From Armatimonadota bacterium (GTDB lineage Bacteria > Armatimonadota > HRBIN16): a stretch of 64,000 bases of DNA. The stretch lies in contig OY781964.1 of assembly GCA_963677485.1 (NCBI GenBank), forward strand, positions 1,440,001 through 1,504,000. The letters are read 5' to 3'. Below, piece after piece: positions 40,610 through 50,743 of the stretch; positions within the stretch are counted from its first letter, which is position 1, and the number at the start of each line of letters is the position of its first letter. Both the position numbers and the translations under genes were made by a program. Under the pieces are notes generated by a model. The model saw only the letters and a list, made by a program, of their open reading frames with translations, was not told where the DNA came from and ran no database searches.

Positions 40610-41065
40610 TTGGCTGAACAGACGTGCAACGATTGGATGATTGACCAGGCTGGGGTGAACGCGGTGGCGGCGCGGAAGTTCAAGGCGGTGCTTTCAGATG
40701 TCAGAGGCCACGGGTATCAGGTGATGGTGACGCAGGTGCTGCGGAGTAAGGAAGTGCAGCGGAAGCTGTATTGTGCGGGACGATCCGATGCGGAGCTGCT
40801 GGAGGATGGTTTGAGTAAGGTGGAGATTAAGGCGGCACGATCGGCGGGGTATGCGGCTGATGAGAAGCCGGTGACGGGCACGGTGAACAGTATGCACTGC
40901 AAGGGGCGGGCGATGGATGTGGTGGTGCTGAACGATGGCAAGGTGACGTGGAACACGAAGCACCCTGCGTGGGCGGTTTATGCGGCGGCGGCGAAGGCGC
41001 ACGGTCTGGTGGCGGGGGCGAGTTTTCGGATGAGGGACTGGCCGCACGTTGAATACAGAATATAG
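40610..41065 (+). CDS. Endolysin, M15 family peptidase
   Basis: RSKEVQRKLY..GR, SMH..GRAMD, DWPHVE. Confidence 0.85.
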   Translation: MAEQTCNDWMIDQAGVNAVAARKFKAVLSDVRGHGYQVMVTQVLRSKEVQRKLYCAGRSDAELLEDGLSKVEIKAARSAGYAADEKPVTGTVNSMHCKGRAMDVVVLNDGKVTWNTKHPAWAVYAAAAKAHGLVAGASFRMRDWPHVEYRI

Positions 41066-41202
41066 GAGTCAGGAGAGAGGAGACATCATGAGGAGGCAGG
41101 AGTTAGGAGATAGGAGTCAGGAGAATACCCGGACCAGATATCCGTATCCCGTCCCTATTCTGACTCCTGTCTTCTGCCTCCTATCTCCAAAGATGTCTCC
41201 TT
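41064..41202 (+). repeat. AGGAG heptamer hairpin element
   Basis: Shares GGAGATAGGAGTCAGGAGAATACCCGGACC with the 40459-40596 copy. Confidence 0.8.
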
Positions 41203-41219
41203 CCTACTAGGAGAAATAG

Positions 41220-41534
41220 ATGGAAGCTGGGCGGTTGAGACATATGGGAACGGTGTTTCAGAATATGGGCATTGAGGACGGTCGGGCCGGGGTGACGGAT
41301 GACTGGACGGCAATTGGGACGGTGCCGCTGGCGATCCAGTCGATCAGTGTGAAGGACCGGATGGCGAGCGGGTTTCCGATTTTGGATGCGATGGTGAAGC
41401 TGGAGTGCCGGCCAAATGCGATTTTGGCGATCGGTAGACAAGTGTCTGCGAACGGGCACCGGTACGAGGTTACGACGATTGACACGGACGAAAGAGGGCG
41501 CACGATGATAGCGCTGGCGAAGGAGATTTTCTGA
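41220..41534 (+). CDS. Head closure protein (gp16-like)
   Basis: MEAGRLRH start, size, position. Confidence 0.65.
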   Translation: MEAGRLRHMGTVFQNMGIEDGRAGVTDDWTAIGTVPLAIQSISVKDRMASGFPILDAMVKLECRPNAILAIGRQVSANGHRYEVTTIDTDERGRTMIALAKEIF

Positions 41535-42016
41535 TGGGCAATCTGGTTGGCAATATTACGCTTGGTGCGCACCTGCGGTATTCGGATGCCGCACTTGGCA
41601 CTGCGTCGTGGTCTCTTGATGTGGACCATTCGAAAACACTGGTGCCAGGCAGCGGCGCAGGAAAGGTAAATCAAGGCTGCATTTACTCTTTGACAGTGGG
41701 CTCGAGTGACGTCACTGTAGATTTGAAGACGTTGCCTTCAGAATCGCTGGAGTCAAACCGGGCGGTGCAGACGAACGGCGGTCCAAATATCTCAGGCATC
41801 GCTGGGCTGGTGATCAGGAACAAGAGCGCCACAGCCACAGTGACCGTAACGAAGCCGATGGCGGCGGGGTTTGTGGGACTCACTTGCAAGCTGCCGCCAC
41901 TGGCTGCGGTGGCCATAGATTATGCAGTGGGGTTTGACATGGGCAGTGCTTCCAACCTGACATTTGTGAGCAACGTGCCCGGAGCGGTGGTTGAGATCAC
42001 CGCCTTCGGGAGCTAG
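41534..42016 (+). CDS. Hypothetical virion protein
   Basis: Coupled beta-rich ORF. Confidence 0.55.
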   Translation: MGNLVGNITLGAHLRYSDAALGTASWSLDVDHSKTLVPGSGAGKVNQGCIYSLTVGSSDVTVDLKTLPSESLESNRAVQTNGGPNISGIAGLVIRNKSATATVTVTKPMAAGFVGLTCKLPPLAAVAIDYAVGFDMGSASNLTFVSNVPGAVVEITAFGS

Positions 42017-42393
42017 TGATGAGCGACCCCACCGATGCTGTGATGGCTGCGCTGGCCAGCACGCTGAATCTGGCGCTGGATATACCGGTGGTGGATGGGT
42101 GGCCGGAACCGAAACCGGCGCCGGTGTGCGTGATCGGCGAGGCTGACAGTGAGCCGGATGAAGAGGAAGGCAGCGACGCGTGGATCGTGACGGCCTACAT
42201 CAATGTGATCATCAGCGATAAGGCAATGAAGCGGCTAAATGAGGTGCTACGGCAGATCACGGACGCGATGCGGGAGTTCACGATGAGCAACCTGGTGTGG
42301 GTTTCGGTGAGCGTGCAGCGCAAACGGATGGCGGACGGTGCGACGCGGATCGGGACGGTGACCGTGAAGATGGAGATTGAAGATGGCACTTAA
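42016..42393 (+). CDS. Tail terminator-like protein
   Basis: PVVD...PVCVIGE pattern, position. Confidence 0.55.
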   Translation: MMSDPTDAVMAALASTLNLALDIPVVDGWPEPKPAPVCVIGEADSEPDEEEGSDAWIVTAYINVIISDKAMKRLNEVLRQITDAMREFTMSNLVWVSVSVQRKRMADGATRIGTVTVKMEIEDGT

Positions 42394-42751
42394 GGAGGGC
42401 ACGCTTGACCTGCAGTTTGCGGATCGCGAGATCATACGGGCACTTGGAGAGGCGTGCGATAAGGCCGTATACGGTGCAGCGGTAGCGACACTGGCTGATG
42501 CTAACTCGATGATACCTATCGAAACTGGTGAAGCGCAGGCCTCAGGTTATGTAGAGATGAAACCAGGCGACTTTCCGACTGCCTTGATAGGGTATCGGGT
42601 ATCTTACGCAAGGCGATTGAACTACGATAAGGCGCAGATGCTAAGAAGTGGGCGACACTACTTCCTTAGTCAAGCACGCAGGCGAACTGGGGCAAAGCTA
42701 CTGCGCCAGTTTATCAAACAAAATGTAGCTGATATGACAGGAGGCCAATAA
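42383..42751 (+). CDS. HK97 gp10-like neck protein
   Basis: PIETGEAQAS, SYARRL, HYFLSQA. Confidence 0.6.
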   Translation: MALKEGTLDLQFADREIIRALGEACDKAVYGAAVATLADANSMIPIETGEAQASGYVEMKPGDFPTALIGYRVSYARRLNYDKAQMLRSGRHYFLSQARRRTGAKLLRQFIKQNVADMTGGQ

Positions 42752-43159
42752 TTGGCGAGAGTTGAGTTGAAGGATATTCGTCTGTGGGAAGGCTCCACGC
42801 CCGCGGCGATTCTGGGTGCGAAGGAGTGCGGGCTGGATATCAGCGTGGAGGAACACGATGTGACCACGCAGGAAGATATCCAAAGCGCGTTTCAGAAGAT
42901 ATATGCGGCGGGTCTGGTGGATTCCACCATGGAGATTAGCGGCGGGGTTGTGGCAGCCACCACTGGCAGCGACACCAAGGCGATTGCTGACAAGGCGATT
43001 GCTGGCACCACGCTGAGTATGAGCTTTAAGATGGGCGCCGATAGCTACACAGCGAGCGCGTTCTTCACGAAGTTCAATGTGAAGGGCGGCACGAGCCGCG
43101 GCGACGCGACGTTCAGCGGGACGCTGCGCGTGATGAACGCACTGACACCGGGCGCCTAG
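42752..43159 (+). CDS. Tail tube protein
   Basis: HDVTT, AGL, ISGG, TFSGTL; precedes the chaperone and TMP genes. Confidence 0.7.
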   Translation: MARVELKDIRLWEGSTPAAILGAKECGLDISVEEHDVTTQEDIQSAFQKIYAAGLVDSTMEISGGVVAATTGSDTKAIADKAIAGTTLSMSFKMGADSYTASAFFTKFNVKGGTSRGDATFSGTLRVMNALTPGA

Positions 43160-43160
43160 G

Positions 43161-43693
43161 ATGATTATCACCTGGGGAGACCGGACGATTGAGGCGCCCA
43201 TTACGGCGGGCGACCTGAAGCGGGCAGGCGAGGCGGCGGGTTTCAACCTGCTGGAAGTCGACAAACTGAACTCGAGCGAGATGCTGACCGCGGCGTGTGC
43301 TGTGGTGTGGTGCATTCTTCGGCGGCGCGGCGTGGATATCTCGCTTGAGGCGATGATGGACGAAAGCGCTCTGGCGCAGGTGGTGGAGTGGAGCAACCAA
43401 TTCAACAGTGAATTGAGCGGGGACATAGAACCGCCTGCGAACCCTCCGACGGCGACTCCGAGCCCGTAAGCTGGGGTCGCCTAAAGTCTATCTGTTATGG
43501 ACCGCTGCGGATGCAAGCCGGGCGGTTCTATGACACCGAGTTTCGGGAGATTGTGGACGCCATTACGGCTTTCACGATTTGGCAGATTGAGCAGAGCGGC
43601 GGGCGCGTGGTGACACAAAGCGAGATGAACGAGCTGAGCGACCAACTACACAAGGAATTGAAGGAGCGCAAGGAATGGCCAACCAAAGTTTAA
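43161..43693 (+). CDS. Tail assembly chaperone G (43161-43469) and predicted -1 frameshift extension GT (to 43693)
   Basis: -1 frame open from G-AAC-CCT (43439-43445) through WGRLKSICYGPLRMQAGRFY. Confidence 0.65.
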
Positions 43694-45204
43694 TACTGGC
43701 GTTGAAATGCGATCTTAGACCGTTCCGCAAAGCGCTAGGCGAGGCGAAGGGCGCGGCGACCATTGCGGGCACTGATATACTGAAGGCGACCACGGTGACG
43801 CCGGATGTGAAAGGGATACAAAAGGCGCAGGCGAAGCTAAAGGAGCTGAAAGAAGAGGCGAAATTAGCCCGCGATGTATTGAGTGAAGCACTACAAGGTA
43901 AAGGAGGCGGGATTGATACCAGCTCAGTGCAGAAGGATATCGATAAGCTCAGTATTAAGATCAAAAAACTAAGCAGCGACACCGCGATAGCCAAAGCGGA
44001 GATGAACGCCAGCCTGAACGGGATGATAGACGGTTGGGGCAAAGTGTCCAGGGCGATTGGCGTGGGTTTGGCGGCGCTGGGAATGGCGGCGTTTGCCAGC
44101 GCGAAGAAGCTGGGTGATGAAGCGGAGGCGATGGACAACCTGGCGGCGAAGACTGGGATGCCTGTGAAAGCTCTGGCGGAGCTGGGGTTTGTGGCCAGCC
44201 AAAGCGGGCTGGACATTAACGCGATAGGCAACGGCGTGGGCGCGCTGGAGCGGAAGCTGTTCAGCATGGATGAAGGTGGTGGAGCAGCCGCGGACGCGCT
44301 GGCACAACTTGGCGTTAAGACGAAGGATGTGAACGGGCAGTTCCTGCCGATGGGTAAGATATTTGAGGAGACCGTGGACGCGCTGCGGAATGTGGAAAAC
44401 GCCACTACGCGGAACACCACCGCCGCGCAGATATTCGGCAAGGGGTTTGGGGAGCTGACTCCGATACTGGCCATGGGGCGCAATGAGTATAACGCGCTGG
44501 TGGAGAGCGGATACAAGGCGGGTGCGGTGCTGACTGGGACCGCACTTGAGCAGGCGAGAGGCGTGGACAACCTGATGGACAAGCTGAACGCTTACGCCCG
44601 AGGCTTGCAGATCACACTGGCCACGGCGATAGTGCCAGCGATGGAGAGCATTGCGCCGCTGATTGTTGGGCTGGTAAACGGATTGAGTGTGCTGGTCGGC
44701 GGGATCGGGCGGGTGTTCAGCGGCAAGAGCCCGTTCGTGACCTTCCTGGCCAGCTTTATTGTGGCCGCGCCAGTGACCATTGTGTGGGCATTAAAACTGG
44801 TGGCCGCATTCAATGCGATCCGAACCGCTATTGCCACCGCTGGCGGAATCGCCGCGGCGCTTTCCGGTAACTGGGGAGCGTTGGCGGCTGGACTTGCGGC
44901 GGCGGTTGGGATTGGTGCCGGCATGGTATACCTCACCAAGCAGTCCGAAAAGGGACTGGCGAGCGGGATGAAGAGCGCTGAGAGCTTCGGAACAAATAGA
45001 GGAAGCGGCGGCGCACTGGCGGCGTTGAACGCGATACCGTCCAGCTCACTGCCTGCGGTGTCGAGCATGATCAACTCCCCGCAATCCACCGTGATGCAAT
45101 CCCCGCCTGAGTTGGCAGTGATCCGTGATGCGGTGTTGGTGGTGCGGGACCTGGTGAACAGGATCGTGTGGAACCAGAACCGGATGATGGGGGTTGGTGC
45201 TTAA
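43675..45204 (+). CDS. Tape measure protein (short, 509 aa)
   Basis: Ala/Gly-rich helical sequence, LAQLGV, QIFGKG; position. Confidence 0.8.
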   Translation: MANQSLILALKCDLRPFRKALGEAKGAATIAGTDILKATTVTPDVKGIQKAQAKLKELKEEAKLARDVLSEALQGKGGGIDTSSVQKDIDKLSIKIKKLSSDTAIAKAEMNASLNGMIDGWGKVSRAIGVGLAALGMAAFASAKKLGDEAEAMDNLAAKTGMPVKALAELGFVASQSGLDINAIGNGVGALERKLFSMDEGGGAAADALAQLGVKTKDVNGQFLPMGKIFEETVDALRNVENATTRNTTAAQIFGKGFGELTPILAMGRNEYNALVESGYKAGAVLTGTALEQARGVDNLMDKLNAYARGLQITLATAIVPAMESIAPLIVGLVNGLSVLVGGIGRVFSGKSPFVTFLASFIVAAPVTIVWALKLVAAFNAIRTAIATAGGIAAALSGNWGALAAGLAAAVGIGAGMVYLTKQSEKGLASGMKSAESFGTNRGSGGALAALNAIPSSSLPAVSSMINSPQSTVMQSPPELAVIRDAVLVVRDLVNRIVWNQNRMMGVGA

Positions 45205-46115
45205 TGCCCAGGATAGGGACCGAGCTGGCGCAGGGTTCGCGAAAGATGCAGTGTTCGCAAGACGGGCTGACTGGGGTGATCACGCACCTGGTGCAATGGC
45301 AGCAAATTGAGCCGTTTTACGATCCATATCTGACAGGATTACCAGATATCGGTGATTTATGGCCTGGTATCTCACAACCTCAACTTAGAGTGGTGAAAAT
45401 CGACTATGATGAGGCGATGACGCTTGGCTACGATAATTCGATGTGCATGGTGACCGTGCAGTATTCGACCGAGCGGAACCTGGGCAATGAGAACGAATAC
45501 TGGGCACGGTGGAGTTTTAGCGGCACGCACGAACAGATTGATGTGGGCAAGGGCGGCTGGGTTTGGGAGACGGCTGGGACGCGGCTGGATGACGGCGTGC
45601 AGGTGACGGTGCAGGAGACTCGATGCACAGCGGAGTTAAAACTGAGGGTCGATCAGTTCAATCGCGACCTGATTATGGAAGTTGATGGGTGCATTAATGA
45701 CAGACGCGTATTTGGATGGCCTACGGGGTGCGTAAGATGCGATGCTTGCGACGCGGTGCCGCAATACAACATGGTTGGTCAGATCATTTCGTGGGCGGTG
45801 CGGTATGAGTTTGTGGGGCGCAAGATTGAGTGGAATAAGAGCTGGAGAGAGGGCACGCAGGCGCGGGATGTGCATGGCGGTCTGCTGTTCTGGCAGAACG
45901 AAGATGCGGCGGCGGATTGGTATACCACCACGGCGACGCTAGTCGGTCAGCCCGTTTGGGTGAGCGACCTACCGGGGCAGAGTTCCAACCCGGCTGGCAC
46001 TGGCGGATGGGACACCCCGATGCTGGGCACCACACGCAAATATGAGAGCGTAGACTTTGGGACGCTGACGAATATACCGCTATGGACCGGAGATGACCCC
46101 ATTGGGACGCCTTAA
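45204..46115 (+). CDS. Putative tail protein
   Basis: TAATG coupling to TMP. Confidence 0.55.
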   Translation: MPRIGTELAQGSRKMQCSQDGLTGVITHLVQWQQIEPFYDPYLTGLPDIGDLWPGISQPQLRVVKIDYDEAMTLGYDNSMCMVTVQYSTERNLGNENEYWARWSFSGTHEQIDVGKGGWVWETAGTRLDDGVQVTVQETRCTAELKLRVDQFNRDLIMEVDGCINDRRVFGWPTGCVRCDACDAVPQYNMVGQIISWAVRYEFVGRKIEWNKSWREGTQARDVHGGLLFWQNEDAAADWYTTTATLVGQPVWVSDLPGQSSNPAGTGGWDTPMLGTTRKYESVDFGTLTNIPLWTGDDPIGTP

Positions 46116-46587
46116 CAGCCGGATCGCGAACCTTGGCCGCATGTTCCGCGGGATGGTGAGCATGGAGATGTGGCGTGAGCTGATCGACCTGCTGCGAGAG
46201 CTGGACGCTGCGAGCGACATTCGGGTGGGGCGAGGGTTGGAGATGAGCCGCGGGCCGAACGGCACGGCGATATCGAGCAGGTTGAGGGCTGGTGAAAGCA
46301 CTGGGCGGGTGGTGGACGAAACCGACGGGCCAGTGACAGAGCTTGGGCACACGCACGGCACCAGGGACACGGACACGTGGACGATGGGCGGGGCGAACAA
46401 CGCGCGGGTGTATGCGGTGACAGATATCTGGTATGACCCTGTGACGTTTAAGCAGATGTTCAGGATGCGGCCGGTGGAGATCACAGCCAGTGGGCGTTGG
46501 AAGCACATTGCTGGCGAGGATGACCCGGGTTCGATTGTGTTCCAGGCGGCGGAGTGCCAGGCGCAGCCGGACGAGGCGCCGGCGTAG
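46093..46587 (+). CDS. Hypothetical tail-region protein
   Basis: Overlapping ORF. Confidence 0.5.
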   Translation: MTPLGRLNSRIANLGRMFRGMVSMEMWRELIDLLRELDAASDIRVGRGLEMSRGPNGTAISSRLRAGESTGRVVDETDGPVTELGHTHGTRDTDTWTMGGANNARVYAVTDIWYDPVTFKQMFRMRPVEITASGRWKHIAGEDDPGSIVFQAAECQAQPDEAPA

Positions 46588-46690
46588 GAGACATCCTGAG
46601 GAGTCAGGAGATAGGAGTCAGGAGATAGGAGGGGAAGGCTCCCGTCCCGTCCCCATTCTGTCTCCTAACTCCTGTCTCCTGACTGCCTGC
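46586..46690 (+). repeat. AGGAG heptamer hairpin element
   Basis: GAGGAGTCAGGAGATAGGAGTCAGGAGATAGGAG ... TGTCTCCTAACTCCTGTCTCCTGACT. Confidence 0.8.
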
Positions 46691-46704
46691 TTCAAGGAGA
46701 AAAT

Positions 46705-49569
46705 ATGGCTGCAATAAAGATTGATGATATAGTCGTTTCCTGGTCGGTTGGGTTTGAGCATGCGGCGAAGATCGAGGTGTATAGTGACGCGTTCATGCCG
46801 TTTCTGCACTCCCGCATCACGGCGAACGGGACGCTATCCGCTGCTACGCCTTTGGCCGTTGGCGCGTTTTCGATAGGTGCTATCAGCGCAGGGGCTTACC
46901 CTGATGTGAGCTGGCCATATACGGACAAACTGCCTTTTGAATACACCTTAACCTACCCCACCGGTCTGCCTGCGCCGTTTGAGTTCACCTCTGAAAGTAT
47001 TCGGTTTGGGCTGCCGGTGGGCGTGCATGTGAGGCCGAACGTTGGGCAACTGGTGTTCACGGCGTTGTGTGAGGTGTGGGCGGATCTGATAGATATCGGG
47101 GATGGGTTTTGTGGATTCCACCATGACGGATTTCAGCGGGATATGCCTGACCGCAAGACGTGCAAAATATGGCTGAAGCTTGCGGAAGTGGCCGACTGGG
47201 CACTGACCACCAGCTATGACACCTACACCGGGACGTGCGGGACCGTTGGGCAGGATTTCATCAACACGCTAGCGTGTGCCGGGGCTGTGACCGCCGTGGC
47301 AGGAACCGAGTCGGCCTCTGGCCAAGTGTCGATAGGGTGCAGCCTGAGCACTTACCTGTGTGATGGCGAGAGTGAAACATGGAGTGAGGATGGCGGGACG
47401 TGCACGGGCTCCGCGGGAAATGGGACGGTTGAAGCCACGGCATCACCGGCATCGGCAGGAGTGATGAGCTCATCTATGAGCTGCACGTGGTGTCTTGGCA
47501 GGAACTGCGCGTTGGAATGCGCTGTTTTGGACCCCAACAGCGGAGGAATCGCGGCGGGGCTGGCCATCGCACGGTATGGAAATGACACGCAGCCTGCGAC
47601 AGTGACGTGTGACAGCGGCGGGGAGTATAACGAGGGCATCACCCACAAGCAATGGACTTGGAGTTTTAGCGCGTTTCGGATTGGCGGAGGCAGTTACAGC
47701 CAGGGCGGGAACTGGACGAACTGGGGAAAGCTGGCGGTGGGGCTGAACCCGGCGTGGAGCGTGGGGCCGGAGTATCAGGATTTGCCGGATGAATTTGCGG
47801 GCCCAGTGTATTCCCCCTACCTGAACTGGCACGATAACCGGCTGCTGATGAAGCTGTGGCACACCACGGGTCCGAGTTTCGCGCACGCATCGATGAGCAG
47901 CTTGGGGCTGGGGTGGAGCGTGGACGGCTACACGCCTGTAGGCGCGGCGTTGGAGGCGGTGGAGCCGAACCGGTACGGGCGGTGGACTATTGTGAACGGC
48001 ACGATGGTGGACAACACCACCAGCCTTCTGCTGGTGCCTGCCAGCGGAGAGGGCACGATGACCATCCGGCGCACGCTGGAATGGAGTGTGGATCAGACGG
48101 GGGGCAGCCCCACACGCAGTCCGCGGCCTACGTTCGCGGGGTATCGGTATCTGTATATCACACTCAAGCGGACCAGCATCACGCCTATCCCTGGCGACAC
48201 CGTGACCGTGCGCATCCGGCAGGATGACATGGCTGGTCTGTTCCCTGACCCGGCACTGCAGACGTGGGACAACGCGGGATATCGAGACAAGACATTTACC
48301 GGCGTGGTGAACAGCAGCGGCGTGGTGGTGATTGATTTGGCACGGCCGCAGGTGGTTGGTCTGACCGGCGAGGGAGACAACCCGCCGCCGACCGGCAACT
48401 ACGGGGAGCTGGCGCACCCGAACACACTGAGCCGGTGGCCACAACCCACCATGGACGGCAACCTGAGCGGCGTGACCGTGCCGATGTGGGTAGAGATAGA
48501 AATGCCCAACCCCGCGGGGGACGTGTGGGAGCTGGGCAGTATGGAGCTGGGGCGGCAGAGCGAGCCGGTGCTGTATATATTGCCCGCGCTGAACCAGTGG
48601 ATACGCGAAGAACGGCATGATTTGGCACAAGAGGGCGACACCACCAAGCGCAAGCACTGGCGGAGGAGATTGGTGACGGGGGTATGCGACGGTCTGCCCA
48701 ATCTGGAGCTGTTTGACATGGTGCGCACCAGCAGCCACATGGTGAGCGAGGAGCTGGGGGAATACGACATTTGGGAGTGGACGCTGCACAGCGTGGGCAA
48801 TACGGCGGTGCAGGCTGTTGAGGTGCATGAGCATGAGCACTGGGAGTATGGAACACCAGACACATATACACCTGTGGGCGCATTGGAGCGGTGGCCGGGT
48901 TGGAGCGCGAGTATGCCCACGCCAGCCAGCGGGAGCCTGGACGAATGGGTGCTGGCGGGTGAGGGCTGCCGAATGGGCGCGCATGGGGTGGTTTGGATAG
49001 GCAGCACGCGGGCGGTGCAGAGCGGGATCGCGCTGGGAACCGGCACCAAAGTGCAGAATATGGCGGATGAACTGGATTGGTTCGGCGGTTTGGTGGACCC
49101 GTTTAATATGGGCGACACGGCGTTTACCCTGCGCGCGGCGACTGTGCTGCATGGTCTGGCCGTGGGCGCCGGGATTGATAATGATGACGCGAACATCTGC
49201 ACTGTGCTGGCCACGATACAGAGCTTCAACACGGGCGCTGATGGCAGCTATGTGGCACGGAACCCGGGCGGGTGCCACGGGATCGCGCACAAGCTGGTGC
49301 GGCACGGGCGGACGCTGGTGCAGTGGGAGCCGCAGGTGATTGACTGGACGTTCAGACCATCGCTGTATCTGACGGCCATCTATACGCTGACTGAGGCGCC
49401 GCTGTGGTGGCACGGTCGGGGGGTGCATGTGGGTCACTGGTGGAAGCTGCTTGGTCCGCCCTGGATACGGCATGACAAGCAGGGGCGGATACTGTGCCAG
49501 CGGGCGGAGTTTGAGGGCGCGGGGTTGTGCTTGCAGTGCAGGCAGGGGCCGGGGCCGCCAGCGGCCTAG
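46705..49569 (+). CDS. Large putative tail-tip/receptor-binding protein
   Basis: 954 aa, G/T/W-rich beta-type composition, last late gene, RBS AAGGAG. Confidence 0.55.
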   Translation: MAAIKIDDIVVSWSVGFEHAAKIEVYSDAFMPFLHSRITANGTLSAATPLAVGAFSIGAISAGAYPDVSWPYTDKLPFEYTLTYPTGLPAPFEFTSESIRFGLPVGVHVRPNVGQLVFTALCEVWADLIDIGDGFCGFHHDGFQRDMPDRKTCKIWLKLAEVADWALTTSYDTYTGTCGTVGQDFINTLACAGAVTAVAGTESASGQVSIGCSLSTYLCDGESETWSEDGGTCTGSAGNGTVEATASPASAGVMSSSMSCTWCLGRNCALECAVLDPNSGGIAAGLAIARYGNDTQPATVTCDSGGEYNEGITHKQWTWSFSAFRIGGGSYSQGGNWTNWGKLAVGLNPAWSVGPEYQDLPDEFAGPVYSPYLNWHDNRLLMKLWHTTGPSFAHASMSSLGLGWSVDGYTPVGAALEAVEPNRYGRWTIVNGTMVDNTTSLLLVPASGEGTMTIRRTLEWSVDQTGGSPTRSPRPTFAGYRYLYITLKRTSITPIPGDTVTVRIRQDDMAGLFPDPALQTWDNAGYRDKTFTGVVNSSGVVVIDLARPQVVGLTGEGDNPPPTGNYGELAHPNTLSRWPQPTMDGNLSGVTVPMWVEIEMPNPAGDVWELGSMELGRQSEPVLYILPALNQWIREERHDLAQEGDTTKRKHWRRRLVTGVCDGLPNLELFDMVRTSSHMVSEELGEYDIWEWTLHSVGNTAVQAVEVHEHEHWEYGTPDTYTPVGALERWPGWSASMPTPASGSLDEWVLAGEGCRMGAHGVVWIGSTRAVQSGIALGTGTKVQNMADELDWFGGLVDPFNMGDTAFTLRAATVLHGLAVGAGIDNDDANICTVLATIQSFNTGADGSYVARNPGGCHGIAHKLVRHGRTLVQWEPQVIDWTFRPSLYLTAIYTLTEAPLWWHGRGVHVGHWWKLLGPPWIRHDKQGRILCQRAEFEGAGLCLQCRQGPGPPAA

Positions 49570-49660
49570 GAGTCAGGAGGCAGGAGAGAGGAGAAAGGAG
49601 ACAGGAGGGGGACGGGACCGCGGGTCCGGGTATTCTCCTGACTCCTGTCTCCTATCTCCT
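49568..49660. repeat. AGGAG heptamer hairpin element with inverted core
   Basis: Contains GGTCCGGGTATTCTCCTGACTCCT, the reverse complement of the core of the 40.5/41.1 kb copies. Confidence 0.8.
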
Positions 49661-49780
49661 ATATACTTATGCGCTATAATATATCTAGTTGTAAGCGTGC
49701 CACTCCAATCACACGCGAGCATTAGGGGCGGCTGGTCAATACGTTGGCTGGTTGCCCTGCATTCTTCTGTCTCCTTCCTC

Positions 49781-49957
49781 CTAACTCCTGTCTCCTGATC
49801 GCCCACGCCACCAGTCGGCCAGGCCGTAGAGTAGGATGGTGATGAGCATGGCGGCGATGACGTAGGGGCGATAAGGCAGATCGTGCCTTTGGAGGATGCC
49901 GAAGAATATGATGAGGCACCAGATGAGTGACATGGGTATTTGGGTGTTTGTGTTCAT
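49781..49957 (-). CDS. Small two-TM membrane protein (58 aa; below the ORF-track cut-off)
   Basis: RBS AAGGAG; MNTNTQIPMSLIWCLIIFFGILQRHDLPYRPYVIAAMLITILLYGLADWWRGRSGDRS. Confidence 0.55.
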   Translation of the reverse strand: MNTNTQIPMSLIWCLIIFFGILQRHDLPYRPYVIAAMLITILLYGLADWWRGRSGDRS

Positions 49958-50012
49958 GGCGCGGCTCCTTGGTGGATGTGGGCGACCGCCGGCCGCCCAT
50001 TCGATGGGCTAT

Positions 50013-50660
50013 TTAGTAGCTTGTTATATCCGATAGTTTTGCAGACTTCGCATCATCTTCAATAACTATGGCCTTGAATTTCCATGTGGCGTCAGGGTCA
50101 AGATAATTCATGGATGATATAGCAGTGCCTACCTGGTTATTATCAGCATCATATAGTTTGAATGTAATCCCCACATAGTTCGCTTTTTTTGTGCCGTTGT
50201 TTTTGACAACGCCCTCGATATACCTGAACGTCCCATCGTTCGACCAATCCCATGACACCAGTTGAAGCTTATCTTCAGTGTTTATAGTTGATGCAGCATC
50301 CACTACCTTACCAGCACATGAGTAAAATGGTGCGCCGACAATGATCATTAGCAGAATGAATGACACGGCGACGAACACCGTGACCCGTTGCATAAACTGC
50401 TTCGTGCGAAATACTATTTTGTCACTGCCACACCGACCGCATCTATCGACGCTTATGTGATGCACAAAACTGCACTTGGCGCATATCCATTGCCCATCGG
50501 TCTGATCTACTGCTGGCGGCGCAGCTTGTGCAGGTGTGGCTTGTGGTTGTGGCGCGTTCGATCCGTCAGTCGCGCGCCCGCACTTCGGGCAGAATGGGGT
50601 GGTGGATGGGCGCGTAAGGCCGCATCCTGTGCATGTGTGCATTCCAGGGTTCTGATCCAT
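50013..50660 (-). CDS. Zn-ribbon / TM / FxLYD-domain protein
   Basis: Paired CxxC ribbons, TM helix, GVVKNNG...FKLYDADNNQVG...WKF. Confidence 0.75.
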   Translation of the reverse strand: MDQNPGMHTCTGCGLTRPSTTPFCPKCGRATDGSNAPQPQATPAQAAPPAVDQTDGQWICAKCSFVHHISVDRCGRCGSDKIVFRTKQFMQRVTVFVAVSFILLMIIVGAPFYSCAGKVVDAASTINTEDKLQLVSWDWSNDGTFRYIEGVVKNNGTKKANYVGITFKLYDADNNQVGTAISSMNYLDPDATWKFKAIVIEDDAKSAKLSDITSY

Positions 50661-50743
50661 TGGACGGCTCCTTTAAGTGGTGGTGATGTGTTGCGCGGTA
50701 ACCTTCACCAGCGGGCGCGGGGAATCCTTCTTTTGTGGATGAA

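Noticed and set aside
47470-49473. 667-aa minus-strand ORF (also 34045-35040, 43572-44582 and similar)
   Set aside because: Antisense shadows of G-rich phage genes; His/Pro/Arg-biased with no motifs.
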